DNA of 64,000 nucleotides from Bacteroidota bacterium (GCA_021812985.1 JAKAMG010000010.1:7853-71852); one strand, 5' to 3'. Positions 51,022 to 61,273 are shown, counted from the first letter of the stretch. Numbers and translations: made by a program. Notes: generated from the sequence alone by a model not told the origin.

Positions 51022-52373
51022 AGCTCCATCACCAGCCTTTTGAATTCCCTTCCTCTGTGCTCATAGTCCTGGAACATGTCGAAGCTGGCGCATGCCGGGG
51101 AGAGGAGAACGACGTCGCCCCTCTTAGCCTCCCGCCTCGCCTTGGCGACCGCGTCTTCCATTGAAGACGCCATGACGCACTTCGTCTTGTCCTGAAATTC
51201 CTTTTGCATCTTCGGGGCAGCCGTGCCGATCAATATCATGGCACGCACCTTCCGCTTCACCGGCTCGAAAAGGGGAGAGTAGTCATTCCCCTTGTCCTTC
51301 CCGCCGGCAATCAGAACGATCGGTTCCTCGAAGCTTCCAAGCGCATACCAGACCGCGTCGACGTTCGTCGCTTTCGAATCGTTCACGTACCTCACGCCGC
51401 CGAGGCTGCGCACCGGTTCGAGCCTGTGCTCAACGCCCGCGAATTCTCTGAGCGTGTCCGCGATGACATCCAAGGGGACACCGAGCGCCCTCGCGGCCAG
51501 TGCAGAGGCCAGCGAATTGTATAGATTATGAACGCCGCGGATCCTGATCTCTTCCCAATCGATCAGATGAACCGGCTCATTGTCCTCGACCAGGAACACC
51601 CTGCCGTCCTCGACATAGCCTCCGCGATCCAATTTGTCCTTCACGGTGAAGGGACGCCTTATCGTCTTCAACGCGTCGCCGTGCGCCACGACTGCAGAGT
51701 CATCATGGCTGTAGACAGAGAAATCATCCGCGGTCTGGTTCATGAATATTTTGAACTTCGCGTTCATGTAAGCCTGGTAACTCTCATACCGGTCGAGATG
51801 ATCAGGCGTGATGTTCAAAAGGACCGCCGCCCTTGGCTTGAATGTGTCGATGTGGTCAAGCTGGAAACTCGACACCTCAAGCACCGCCACCGCGTCCTCT
51901 TCGAGATCCGCTACGTAGTCAGAGATGGGAAGGCCGATATTCCCGGCTACCACAGTCTTCCTACCGGACTTCTCAAAGATTTTGCCGATCAGCGTGGTCG
52001 TTGTGGTCTTTCCGTTCGAGCCTGTGATCGCGACGATCGGCGCCCTGCAAAACCACGACGCGACTTCCACCTCGCTGTAAATATTCAGCCCAACCTTTGC
52101 AGCGTGCTGGACAAGGTTCAGATTGGAAGGGACTCCCGGGCTCATTACAATGAAGTCAGCGTTGAAGAGCCTGTCCGAATGCGCACCGAACTCGTATTCG
52201 ACACCGATGCTTTCGAGCGCCTCGATCTGATGAGCCGCTTCTTCGATCGGTTTCTTATCGCTCACGAACACGCTCGCTCCCTTCGACTTGAGGAGCCTGG
52301 CGACGGCGATGCCGCTCCTGGCGGCACCCAGGACCGAAACCCTTGCTGATTTTATTTTGTCAGGCCTGCCCAA
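51018..52373 (-). CDS. murD: UDP-MurNAc-L-Ala--D-glutamate ligase
   Basis: ITGSNGKTTT, EVSSFQL, DHLDRY, NDSKATN, SPACASFD. Confidence 0.96.
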   Translation of the reverse strand: MGRPDKIKSARVSVLGAARSGIAVARLLKSKGASVFVSDKKPIEEAAHQIEALESIGVEYEFGAHSDRLFNADFIVMSPGVPSNLNLVQHAAKVGLNIYSEVEVASWFCRAPIVAITGSNGKTTTTTLIGKIFEKSGRKTVVAGNIGLPISDYVADLEEDAVAVLEVSSFQLDHIDTFKPRAAVLLNITPDHLDRYESYQAYMNAKFKIFMNQTADDFSVYSHDDSAVVAHGDALKTIRRPFTVKDKLDRGGYVEDGRVFLVEDNEPVHLIDWEEIRIRGVHNLYNSLASALAARALGVPLDVIADTLREFAGVEHRLEPVRSLGGVRYVNDSKATNVDAVWYALGSFEEPIVLIAGGKDKGNDYSPLFEPVKRKVRAMILIGTAAPKMQKEFQDKTKCVMASSMEDAVAKARREAKRGDVVLLSPACASFDMFQDYEHRGREFKRLVMEL

Positions 52374-53483
52374 TTATCTCACCTTGAAAGTCGTCAAACT
52401 GAGTATCGCTAGAAGTATCCCGACGATGTAAAATCTTGTCACTATCTTGGACTCCGGAACGCCGTCGAGCTCGAAATGGTGATGGAGCGGCGCCATCTTG
52501 AAAATCCTTCTTCCCTCCCCGTACCTCTTCTTAGTGTACCTGAAGTAAAGCACCTGCAGAATCACGGAGACCTCCTCCGCCAGGAAAATCCCGCCGAGTA
52601 TTGGAAGGACGAGCTCCTTCTTTATCATAATGGAAAGTCCGGCGATCGCTCCTCCCAACGCTAGTGAACCGGTATCACCCATGAACACCTGTGCGGGATG
52701 CGTATTGTACCAGAGAAATCCAAGCGCCGCGCCGACGAGCGCGAAACAATACACCGTCAGCTCACCGGTCCCAGGCAGGTAGATAATGTTTAGATAACGG
52801 CTGAAAGCTATGTTCCCGGAGACATACGACATCAGGGCAAGTGTCAGGGCGGTGATCCCAACTGTTCCGATCGCGAGTCCGTCCAGCCCGTCCGTCAGGT
52901 TTACCGCGTTCGAAGTGGCAGTAATTATGAAAACCACCACCGGGATGTAGAAATAACCGTAGTCGAAATTCAAGTTCTTAAAGAACGGCACAGTCGTTAT
53001 GGAGTTGAACGGATGCAACTCGGGTGAAAAATAAAGAGCCGCACCGACGATGAGGCCGATGCTAATCTGCCCGATCAGTTTGTATCTGGCTATTAACCCC
53101 TTTCGCTTTTTCTTCACGACCTTTAAATAGTCATCCGTGAAGCCGAGCGCGCCGAGCCAGATCGTTATCAGAAGTATTAGAAGGACATAGGGGTTCGTTA
53201 GATCTCCCCAAAGAACCATTGGTATGACTACGGATCCGAGGACAATAAGTCCCCCCATCGTCGGAGTACCCGCCTTGGAAAGGTGTGACTTCGGCCCCTC
53301 AATCTTTGCCTGCTCGCCAATCTGAAGCTTGTGCAGCTTCCTGATAACCATCGGTCCTATGACAAAACTTATCAGGAGCGCGGTAATAGCGGCTAGCGCG
53401 GAACGGAAAGTTATATACCTGAAAACTCCGAAACCGGGCGGGTGGAACTGTTTCTCCAACAGGTCAAAAAGGTAGTAAAGCAT
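52374..53483 (-). CDS. mraY: Phospho-MurNAc-pentapeptide transferase
   Basis: KAGTPTMGG, DDYLK, NAVNLTDGLDGL, FMGDTGSL, MAPLHHHFE. Confidence 0.97.
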   Translation of the reverse strand: MLYYLFDLLEKQFHPPGFGVFRYITFRSALAAITALLISFVIGPMVIRKLHKLQIGEQAKIEGPKSHLSKAGTPTMGGLIVLGSVVIPMVLWGDLTNPYVLLILLITIWLGALGFTDDYLKVVKKKRKGLIARYKLIGQISIGLIVGAALYFSPELHPFNSITTVPFFKNLNFDYGYFYIPVVVFIITATSNAVNLTDGLDGLAIGTVGITALTLALMSYVSGNIAFSRYLNIIYLPGTGELTVYCFALVGAALGFLWYNTHPAQVFMGDTGSLALGGAIAGLSIMIKKELVLPILGGIFLAEEVSVILQVLYFRYTKKRYGEGRRIFKMAPLHHHFELDGVPESKIVTRFYIVGILLAILSLTTFKVR

Positions 53484-54889
53484 CAGGCCTTCCTCCGCTC
53501 ATTCAATCCGCCTAGAAGGGCATCGACGACTTCTTCCATTTTCATACCGCGCGATCCCTTGACGAGGACCACATCGCCGGGCATCAGTCTCTCGAGGAGT
53601 GTCTTCGACAGAATCTTCTTGTCGCTGAAAGTCTTCGCTTCGGCCCTGCCGTCAGCGGCGGCCGCTATCTGCCGTGCCATCTTCCCAAAGGTCATAAGGG
53701 TGTCGACTCCCTTCCTCGCAACTTCGGATCCGACACGCCTGTGTTCCCTGACGGATGATTCTCCAAGTTCGAGCATGTCACCGAGAACGGCTATCCTTCT
53801 CCCCGTCGTGCGGACAGTAGACATCCATGCCAGCGCCGCTATGACGGATTCCGGATTGGAATTATAGGTGTCGTTAAGAATTGTGACGCCGCCTTTCCTG
53901 AAGACCTGCATTCTCTTGTCATAGGCCCTGAAAGATTCGAGGGCACGCTTGATTTCAGGATGGCTGACGCCATGGCCAAATCCGACCGCCGCCGCCGCCA
54001 GGGCGTTCATCGCGTTGTGCATACCCGGGACTGAAAGATGAACCAACTCAGTCCTTCCGTCAAATTTCATCTCAAAGACGGCGCATCCCTTCGCATCGAA
54101 ACCGAAGAGCTTGCCAGATACCTTTCTGCCGGAGGAGGACCTAAACCCGAACGTGAACCTCTTACGGCTCTTTTTCGACAGACCGGTGAGCCTGGTGTCG
54201 TCCGCATTGACGTATGCAGTGCCACCCGATCTGGCAAGGAACCCGAACAGCTTTCCCTCTTCCCTTGCGACACCCGCCACGCTTCCGAAGAACTCAAGAT
54301 GCTCAGTTCCGACATTTGTTATAAGACCGCCGGTCGGTTCGAGAATTTCGCACAGCCGTTCTATCTCGCCGAAGTGGTTTGTGCCGATTTCGACGACCGC
54401 CGCCTCATGTGAATCCCTGAATCCAAATATCGTCAGAGGGACGCCTATATGGTTATTATGATTCCCCTCTGTCTTCGCAACCCGATACTTTTTTCCGAGA
54501 ACTCTGGCGATCATCTCTTTCGTCGTCGTCTTTCCGTTTGAACCGCCAACCGCGATTACTGGCATTCCGAATTTTCTGCGATAGACCTTCGCCAGGTCGC
54601 CGAGAGCGCGAAGCGTGTCATCGACGACGACAAGCGGCTGGGAGATATTTCGGGCGGAACCCTTGTAGACCTTCCTGTACCAAGCACGGTCGACAACCAC
54701 GCATGCGGCTCCTTTGTGAATTGCCTCGGAGACGTAAGCGTGCCCATCGAACTTCTCCCCCCGCAGAGCGAAAAAGATTTCGCCACTGGAGACGTGCCTT
54801 GAGTCAGTGGACACACCTTTTGCCCGCCTGAACCTCAGGTTCTCCAACGATGCTCCGCCGATGCCACGCAGTTCTTCAAGCGTTATCAA
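53483..54889 (-). CDS. murF: UDP-MurNAc-tripeptide--D-Ala-D-Ala ligase
   Basis: STDSR, GSNGKTTTKE, NNHIGVP, NDTYNSNP, GDMLELG, KGSRGM. Confidence 0.96.
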   Translation of the reverse strand: MITLEELRGIGGASLENLRFRRAKGVSTDSRHVSSGEIFFALRGEKFDGHAYVSEAIHKGAACVVVDRAWYRKVYKGSARNISQPLVVVDDTLRALGDLAKVYRRKFGMPVIAVGGSNGKTTTKEMIARVLGKKYRVAKTEGNHNNHIGVPLTIFGFRDSHEAAVVEIGTNHFGEIERLCEILEPTGGLITNVGTEHLEFFGSVAGVAREEGKLFGFLARSGGTAYVNADDTRLTGLSKKSRKRFTFGFRSSSGRKVSGKLFGFDAKGCAVFEMKFDGRTELVHLSVPGMHNAMNALAAAAVGFGHGVSHPEIKRALESFRAYDKRMQVFRKGGVTILNDTYNSNPESVIAALAWMSTVRTTGRRIAVLGDMLELGESSVREHRRVGSEVARKGVDTLMTFGKMARQIAAAADGRAEAKTFSDKKILSKTLLERLMPGDVVLVKGSRGMKMEEVVDALLGGLNERRKA

Positions 54890-56379
54890 TCTCTCAAGCC
54901 CAGAGCTTTCTCGACTTCCTCCCGGTCGTCAAAATGAATCTTGCGCTCCCTGATTATCTGGTAGTCCTCGTGTCCCTTCCCGGCGAGCACGACTATATCG
55001 TTCCGCTGAGCCAGCTTCATGCTCTCATGTATGGCTTCGCGGCGATCGACTATCTTCATTATCCTGTCGCTACCCCCCGTCATGCCGGACATGATTTCGT
55101 CAGCAATCGCTTCTGGATCCTCGAAACGGGGATTGTCCGATGTGACAATCGTAAGGTCGCTCAGCTCTTCCGATATCCTTCCCATCTTCGGTCGCTTCGT
55201 CCTGTCTCGATTCCCGCCGCAACCGAAGACGGTGATCAGCCTTCCTCCCTCGTTCGCGGAGGAAAGGATCTCCCTTGCCGACTGAAGAGTCTTCTGCAGT
55301 GAGTCTGGGGTGTGCGCGTAGTCTACCACAACGAGAAATCCCTTGCCGGAATCGATTCGTTCGAAGCGCCCCTTCACGCTGTCCACGTCGGCAAGCGCCT
55401 TTGCTGACAGGGAAGGACTGTATCCCAGGCTCACCGCCACAGCGAAAGCTCCGGCAAGGTTATATGCGTTGAATTTGCCGACCAACCTCGAATCAATCGC
55501 GAATTCTTGTCCGTTGTGGCCTATCGTGATGCTCGTGCCAGTGACACTGAAGCTCGACTCGGTTATGCAAAAGTCGGCCCTCGGATCGAAGCCGTAGAAG
55601 ACTTTCTTAGCCTTCGTATCAGCCACAATCCTCTCGCCATACGGGTCATCTATGTTCACGACGGCATGACTCCCCGGCGCCAGCATATCGAACAGTATCT
55701 TCTTGGCTTCGAAATAGTTCTCCATCGTCCCATGAAAATCGAGATGATCCTGAGTCAGGTTGGTGAAGAGAGCAGCCTTGTAGGGTATTCCGTAGACACG
55801 GTCCATCACTAATGAATGGGAAGACACTTCCATGACCGCACAGGTAGCCCCGCGGGCCGCGGACGCAGCCATCATGCTCTGAAGATCCAACGACTCGGGG
55901 GTCGTGTTAGTCGCCTCCCCTATCGCTTCATCGTTCAGCATGTAGCCGATGGTACCGACGAGGAGCACCTTCTCGTCGGCTTTCTGAAAAACTGACTTGA
56001 TGAGATAGGTGGAAGTGGTCTTTCCATTAGTGCCTGTGATGCCGACGATCTTGAGTCTGTCCGCGGGATGGTAGAAGAAGTTGGCGGAGATGAGCGCAAG
56101 AGCGCGGCGGGTACTGGGGACAAGTAGTTTAGTGGTGTGGTGAGAGAGGAAGTAATCGTCATTGACGATACTGTTGTCCTCGACCGCGACCGCGCTCGCG
56201 CCGCTACCTATGGCATCCACGATAAAACGATGACCGTCGATCTGTGCTCCCTTAAGGGCGACAAAGAGCGATCCATCCCGAACTTTCCTGGAATCATAAG
56301 CGATGCCGGTGATGTCAATATTCAGATCACCGATCACCTCGCCGACAGAAACGTTCCTTATGAGCTCGCTCAAGATCAT
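54886..56379 (-). CDS. murE: UDP-MurNAc-dipeptide--meso-DAP ligase
   Basis: TGTNGKTT, MEVSSH, DHLDFH, DYAHTP, DNPR (mDAP specificity), AGKGHE. Confidence 0.96.
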   Translation of the reverse strand: MILSELIRNVSVGEVIGDLNIDITGIAYDSRKVRDGSLFVALKGAQIDGHRFIVDAIGSGASAVAVEDNSIVNDDYFLSHHTTKLLVPSTRRALALISANFFYHPADRLKIVGITGTNGKTTSTYLIKSVFQKADEKVLLVGTIGYMLNDEAIGEATNTTPESLDLQSMMAASAARGATCAVMEVSSHSLVMDRVYGIPYKAALFTNLTQDHLDFHGTMENYFEAKKILFDMLAPGSHAVVNIDDPYGERIVADTKAKKVFYGFDPRADFCITESSFSVTGTSITIGHNGQEFAIDSRLVGKFNAYNLAGAFAVAVSLGYSPSLSAKALADVDSVKGRFERIDSGKGFLVVVDYAHTPDSLQKTLQSAREILSSANEGGRLITVFGCGGNRDRTKRPKMGRISEELSDLTIVTSDNPRFEDPEAIADEIMSGMTGGSDRIMKIVDRREAIHESMKLAQRNDIVVLAGKGHEDYQIIRERKIHFDDREEVEKALGLRD

Positions 56380-58587
56380 TTAATAAAGCCCTGATACGTT
56401 GAATTCTTTGTTTTCACAATTGATTACGACGGTGACATTCTTGCTTATCGGCTGACCGGCCCTGGGTGTCTGCGCAACTATTTTTCCGCTGCCGACAACC
56501 CGGAACGGAACCCCTGCCGACAGGAGAAAACTCGTAGCGTTCCTCACGCTCGTGCCCGTGAAATCGGGCATCTTTTTGACGCGGCTCGCGTCGGCCGTCT
56601 TGATGCTCACTATGGAACCCTTCTTTACCATGGTCCCGGGAGCGGGGCTCTCTGACATGACAACGAGGTTGCGGTGGCCGGAGCTCGAAGGGGCAAGTCC
56701 GAGGTTTTCAAGTATTGCCGCAGCCGTTCCGTAATCAAGAAAGGCGACGTCAGGAACCCGAACGCCGTCGCTGACGATGCCGGAGGGGGATTCTGAGGCT
56801 GAGGCCTTCCCGACACTCTGTCCATTCCCGCCGTTAGACACCATCCGGATTTCACCGTTCGTCAGGTCGTTGGTCCGACGGGACATTATTCCGTAAATGC
56901 GCTCCGCTATCTTTTTGAAAATGGGGGCCGCCACCATGCCACCCGTGTAACCCTTCATCGGGGAGTCGACCATTATGTATCCGACTATCGCGGGGTTCGG
57001 GACCGGGAAGAAACCGCAGAAGGATGCGTGGTAATATTTCTTCGAGTACTTCCCGTCCACAAGCTTCTGAGCAGTTCCCGTCTTGCCGGCGATGAGAAGG
57101 TCCGGTATCCTCGCCTCCTCTCCGGTACCGTGCTCGACGACATCGACGAACATGCCGGTGAGAGTCTGTGCGACGTCCGGCGTCACGACGCGGCGAATCT
57201 GCATGGGAGAATTCTGGAAGAGGACCTGGTTGTCCGGCGAGACAATTTTGTCTATGATGTACGGCTTCATAAGAATTCCGCCATCGGCAATCGCGCAATA
57301 CGCCTGAGCCATCTGCAGCGTCGTCACGAGAACACCATAGCCGAACGACATGAAGGGGAGCGAGACCTTGGACCATTCATACGGCTTTGTCAGCTCGCCT
57401 GGTACTTCGCCGGGAAGACCGATTCCCGTCGGCGCTCCAAATCCGAAATCCCTGGCGTACCTGTAAAACTTGTCGGAGCCGATCTTGCGGCCGACCTTCG
57501 AGAAGACGACGTTGCTCGAAAGCTCGACGGCGCGCCTGAATGAGATCCATCCTCCCGTTCGCTCGAAATCCTGAATGACGCGACCGTACAGAGTGTACCT
57601 GCCGTTTTCGGCGAAGATCAGGTCATTGGGAGTCTCGATCCCTTCCTCCAGCGCGGCGGAAGCGGTGACGACCTTGAAAGTTGAGCCCGGCTCGAAGACA
57701 TCTGTTATCGCCCTGTCACGCGCGTCCGCGTTGCTGTACTTGTCGTACTCGGATGGATCGAACGAAGGATAGTTTGCCATCGCCAAGATCTCGCCCGTGT
57801 TAGGGTCCATGAAGACGGCCGTTGCAGACGCGGCGCCCGTCCGCTGTACTCCTGCCTCAAGCTCCTGCTCGACGATCTGCTCTATGTTCATGTCGAGCGT
57901 CAGCTGTATGTTGCATCCTGGCACCGGGTCAACCTTCGGATAATCGACTGACGGCATCTTCCTTCCGAGACCGTCACGCTGCATTATCTCGTAACCGTTC
58001 GTCCCGGCCAGGAGGGAGTCAAACTCCATCTCGACGCCGCTCGCCCCCTTCCCGTCGACGTTCGTGAATCCGAGAACCTGCCCGGCGGACGTTCCGTACG
58101 GATAAAGCCTTTGCTGTTCCTGGAGACGGATCAAGCCGTACATCTTGAAATTCTGAAGGGCCGCCGATTGAGCGGGGCTCACGTTCCTTGCAAGCCAGAC
58201 GAAGCGCGATTTGCCGTTCAGCCTGCTCATAAAGGAGGAGGCCGGCATGTTGAATACAGATGCAAATTCCGCGGCTAGCTTCGATTTCTGATCGGGATTT
58301 AGAAGTTGCGGGTCGGCGGCATAAGAGAAGCCGTAGCTGTTGGATACTATCAGACTCCCGTTGCGGTCATAAATCAAACCGCGGTTTGCGTGGAGAATCA
58401 CGCGGCTCTCATACTGGTCCTTGGCCACGCGCTGATAATAAAACCCCTTTACTCCCTGAACGAAGACAAGCTTCACGGCGATGCCGAGGAAGATCAGGGC
58501 GAACACAACACGCAGGAAATTTACCCTGCCGTTGTAACTCACCCGCGGATTTGGCTCCGACGGACTATTTTGTCGAGTCTCTTGCAT
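56380..58587 (-). CDS. ftsI: Class B penicillin-binding protein (PBP3) with C-terminal PASTA domains
   Basis: RGLIYDRNG, EPGSTFK (SxxK), SSN, KTGT; PASTA repeats VPDV../MPDF.. Confidence 0.93.
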   Translation of the reverse strand: MQETRQNSPSEPNPRVSYNGRVNFLRVVFALIFLGIAVKLVFVQGVKGFYYQRVAKDQYESRVILHANRGLIYDRNGSLIVSNSYGFSYAADPQLLNPDQKSKLAAEFASVFNMPASSFMSRLNGKSRFVWLARNVSPAQSAALQNFKMYGLIRLQEQQRLYPYGTSAGQVLGFTNVDGKGASGVEMEFDSLLAGTNGYEIMQRDGLGRKMPSVDYPKVDPVPGCNIQLTLDMNIEQIVEQELEAGVQRTGAASATAVFMDPNTGEILAMANYPSFDPSEYDKYSNADARDRAITDVFEPGSTFKVVTASAALEEGIETPNDLIFAENGRYTLYGRVIQDFERTGGWISFRRAVELSSNVVFSKVGRKIGSDKFYRYARDFGFGAPTGIGLPGEVPGELTKPYEWSKVSLPFMSFGYGVLVTTLQMAQAYCAIADGGILMKPYIIDKIVSPDNQVLFQNSPMQIRRVVTPDVAQTLTGMFVDVVEHGTGEEARIPDLLIAGKTGTAQKLVDGKYSKKYYHASFCGFFPVPNPAIVGYIMVDSPMKGYTGGMVAAPIFKKIAERIYGIMSRRTNDLTNGEIRMVSNGGNGQSVGKASASESPSGIVSDGVRVPDVAFLDYGTAAAILENLGLAPSSSGHRNLVVMSESPAPGTMVKKGSIVSIKTADASRVKKMPDFTGTSVRNATSFLLSAGVPFRVVGSGKIVAQTPRAGQPISKNVTVVINCENKEFNVSGLY

Positions 58588-58936
58588 CCTGCTCTTCTGC
58601 TTCCTGAAGCTTGTCCTTGTCTATTTGTATCTGGTCGAGAGTCTGACTGCTGTACACCAGCCCGAGCCTCTCGGAGGCGATTCGCGTTATCCTTTCAGCG
58701 CTCGAAAGCCTTTTGAACTCCGCCTGGAGTGAATCGTTCTGCAGCTTGAGCTCCGAATAAGTCGAGTCGAGAGAGCCGATCTCAGCTGTGAGAGAATCTA
58801 CAGTCACGCTGTTGTTCACTATGAGGAGAAGCACTCCAACCGCGCCGGCCAATACTATCATAAACTTTGATACCGAGAGCGAGGCTCCCTTTGCCGGTTT
58901 CTTCTGCTCGGCAGGTTTCCTGGCTTCCTCGCTCAT
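58565..58936 (-). CDS. ftsL: Cell division protein FtsL
   Basis: Single TM plus coiled coil, LSSAERI..IA...LGL; between rsmH and ftsI. Confidence 0.78.
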   Translation of the reverse strand: MSEEARKPAEQKKPAKGASLSVSKFMIVLAGAVGVLLLIVNNSVTVDSLTAEIGSLDSTYSELKLQNDSLQAEFKRLSSAERITRIASERLGLVYSSQTLDQIQIDKDKLQEAEEQDARDSTK

Positions 58937-59850
58937 GAAATCTTCTCCGCCACCCTCAGCTTCGCGCTTCTCGCTCGGCGGTTGCTCTTCACGGCGTCTT
59001 CGCCCGGAGACACCGGCTTCCTTGTCAGTATCCTGACTCTCGCCTTCTTACCGCAAGTGCAAATGATCGCCTCCGGGGGGCAGACGCACGAAGCAGCCTC
59101 GTACCTGAACTTCTCCTTTACAACCCTGTCTTCAAGGGAATGGTACGATATCACGGCAACCCTTCCCCCTTTTGTTACCGTATCGACCGCCGAATCGAGT
59201 CCCTTAGACAACACCTCGATTTCGCCGTTGACTTCGATTCGAAGCGCCTGAAAAATCCTTGATAACGGCTTAACGGCCCCCCCTAACACTCTAGAGACTA
59301 TTTCGGCCAACTGAACAGTGGTTTCAATCTCCCTGGTTTCCCTCGCCCTTACTATCGCCCTCGCGAGCGAGCGCGACCTCGGCTCCTCGCCGTATCTGAA
59401 AAAGACGTCGGCTAGATCGTCCTGACTGTACGAGTTGACGACCTCGTGCGCGGAAGTCTTTAACCTTTTGTCGAGCCTCATGTCGAGCTTTTCGTCGCGC
59501 CTATAGCTGAATCCCTCTTCGTTGTCGAGTTGATACGAAGAGACGCCGAGATCAAAGAGAAACCCGTTGAAAGATTCCCCCTCATGTTTTTCGCGCAGAG
59601 AACCGATAGAAGAGAAGTTGCTCCTAAAGAATAGCAATCGTCGGTCAGAGGCGGAGAGATCTTCGGCTATGCGTTGTGAGTTGATGTCGACATCGAAGGC
59701 GTAGACTCGCCCTTCGGGTTCGAGCCTGGAAAGTATCTCACGTGTGTGTCCGCCTCCTCCAAAGGTCGCATCGACATATGTCCCCTTCGGGTCGGTAATC
59801 AAGAAGTCAACACTCTCCTTGAGGAGTACAGGTTCGTGGTATATTGTCAT
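58933..59850 (-). CDS. rsmH: 16S rRNA m4C1402 methyltransferase
   Basis: HEPVLL, DATFGGGGH, DLGVSS, LDMR, FQALRIEVN, SYHSLED, RARSAKLR. Confidence 0.97.
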   Translation of the reverse strand: MTIYHEPVLLKESVDFLITDPKGTYVDATFGGGGHTREILSRLEPEGRVYAFDVDINSQRIAEDLSASDRRLLFFRSNFSSIGSLREKHEGESFNGFLFDLGVSSYQLDNEEGFSYRRDEKLDMRLDKRLKTSAHEVVNSYSQDDLADVFFRYGEEPRSRSLARAIVRARETREIETTVQLAEIVSRVLGGAVKPLSRIFQALRIEVNGEIEVLSKGLDSAVDTVTKGGRVAVISYHSLEDRVVKEKFRYEAASCVCPPEAIICTCGKKARVRILTRKPVSPGEDAVKSNRRARSAKLRVAEKIS

Positions 59851-59852
59851 TA

Positions 59853-60311
59853 TTACTTGTTGACATTAACCGCCATGATCTGTTCGACAACTGAGGCGTA
59901 GTTCTCCGGTTGGGAGTTCAGGTATTCAACGAATGTCTTTGGATTCCAGAGTTCGATTCTTTCGAGGGCGCCAATGATGACGACTTCTTTTTCGATCTCG
60001 GCGAATTCGAGGAGGTTCTTGGGAATTATGATGCGTGATTGTGAGTCCAGAGGAAATTCTTCCGAAGCCCACATTAGGAGGGTTCTGATGAAGTATCTGT
60101 GCTTCTCCAGAAATTGGTTGAGGGAGCGGAGCTTTTCTTCAAGTCGCCGCCATTCATCGAGGGGATAAACGTAGAGACATTTTTCGACGCCGCGCGTCAC
60201 GACAAATGTGTCATGAGCCTCGGAGGAGAGGCTTTTCCGAAGCTTCGCAGGAATGCTTAGCCTACCCTTCGAGTCTAAAACGTATTCGTAGCGTCCTTTG
60301 AATGACGACAT
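59853..60311 (-). CDS. mraZ: Division/cell wall cluster transcriptional regulator
   Basis: LDSKGRLSIP, LDSQSRIIIP, IELW; first gene of dcw cluster. Confidence 0.95.
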   Translation of the reverse strand: MSSFKGRYEYVLDSKGRLSIPAKLRKSLSSEAHDTFVVTRGVEKCLYVYPLDEWRRLEEKLRSLNQFLEKHRYFIRTLLMWASEEFPLDSQSRIIIPKNLLEFAEIEKEVVIIGALERIELWNPKTFVEYLNSQPENYASVVEQIMAVNVNK

Positions 60312-60380
60312 CTTCCTCTAAACTTCTCCGAAAATCCTTCGGACACATTTTTTTAGTAAACAATGGGAAAAGCAGGAGAC

Positions 60381-60467
60381 TTCCCCACTTTTCCCCACCA
60401 CGTTGGAAATTTAACCAACCCGCTCCAAAAGTCAAGCAGGATTTTTGCCATTTTTCCCCACACACCC
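60381..60467 (-). promoter_or_regulatory. dcw promoter flanked by MraZ-type direct repeats
   Basis: GTGGGGAAAA-GTGGGGAA (60381-60398, 10-bp period) and GTGGGGAAAAATGGCAAAAA (~60442-60461) around TTGACT-16 bp-TAAATT (60408-60435). Confidence 0.7.
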
Positions 60468-60541
60468 AAAGCCCCCAAAACAGCCAATAATTGCGCCTAT
60501 TTTTAACATTAGTTGCCGTTATAATCTATCATGAAAAAGAA

Positions 60542-60592
60542 GAACAAAAGTTTGGATAATTTCTTGACAGCTAAACTTGTGTTGTGTAATTT
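60542..60592 (+). promoter_or_regulatory. Promoter of lexA-like gene with adjacent GAAC-N4-GTTT box
   Basis: GAACAAAAGTTT at 60542-60553; TTGACA(60564)-17 bp-TAATTT(60587); ATG at 60601 without Shine-Dalgarno. Confidence 0.55.
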
Positions 60593-60600
60593 ATCGTGCG

Positions 60601-61227
60601 ATGGCAAGAGGACTTACTAAGAGGCAGGGTGAAGCACTCGAATTTATCCGCCGATTCATAAAGGATCATTCAAAACCCCCAACGTTCCGCGAACTCGGCG
60701 AACAAATGGGGATAAGCTCCACTCGCGCGGTCAGCGACCTCCTCAAGGCACTCGAAAGAAAGGGCTATATCGAGAGAGAGGCCGGAAGATCTCGTGGCAT
60801 AAATCTCCCCAAAACCGAACTGGCTAACCCAGACCTCCCCCCTTCAGTGCGAACTATACCTGTCGTATCAAGAATAGAATCACGTGAAATCATTTTTTCA
60901 AACATAGTGGATGTCCTCCACTTCGATGCGAAACTTCTCCCCGACGGTGAGCTCTTCGCTGTCAGAGTGTCGGACGACGCCATGAACATAGTCGGCCTCT
61001 TTAAAGGCGATTACGTCGTCTGTAGGAGAGTAACCGAACCCGACCAGAACTCTCTCGTCCTCGGAAGCGCGGCCGGCGTCCTAATAGTAAGGATATACGA
61101 ACTGGCCAACGGGAAAGTACACCTCAAGCCATCCAACAAATCATACCAGATTCTCAGCTTCCCCCCCGACGACAGGCAGTTCTTCGTGGCCGGCGAAGTT
61201 GTGCTGACGTTTCGCAAGACAAAGTGA
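60601..61227 (+). CDS. LexA-family repressor homolog lacking autocleavage residues
   Basis: LexA DNA-binding domain LTKRQ..PPTFREL..LKALERKGYI..SRGI; S24-like domain but VSRIESRE, RVSDDAM, LIVRIY in place of VAAG, GxSM, TVKR. Confidence 0.85.
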   Translation: MARGLTKRQGEALEFIRRFIKDHSKPPTFRELGEQMGISSTRAVSDLLKALERKGYIEREAGRSRGINLPKTELANPDLPPSVRTIPVVSRIESREIIFSNIVDVLHFDAKLLPDGELFAVRVSDDAMNIVGLFKGDYVVCRRVTEPDQNSLVLGSAAGVLIVRIYELANGKVHLKPSNKSYQILSFPPDDRQFFVAGEVVLTFRKTK

Positions 61228-61273
61228 GAATCGCGGGGAATTCCCGCATCTCCTCATCCTCCTTAAAATGTGC

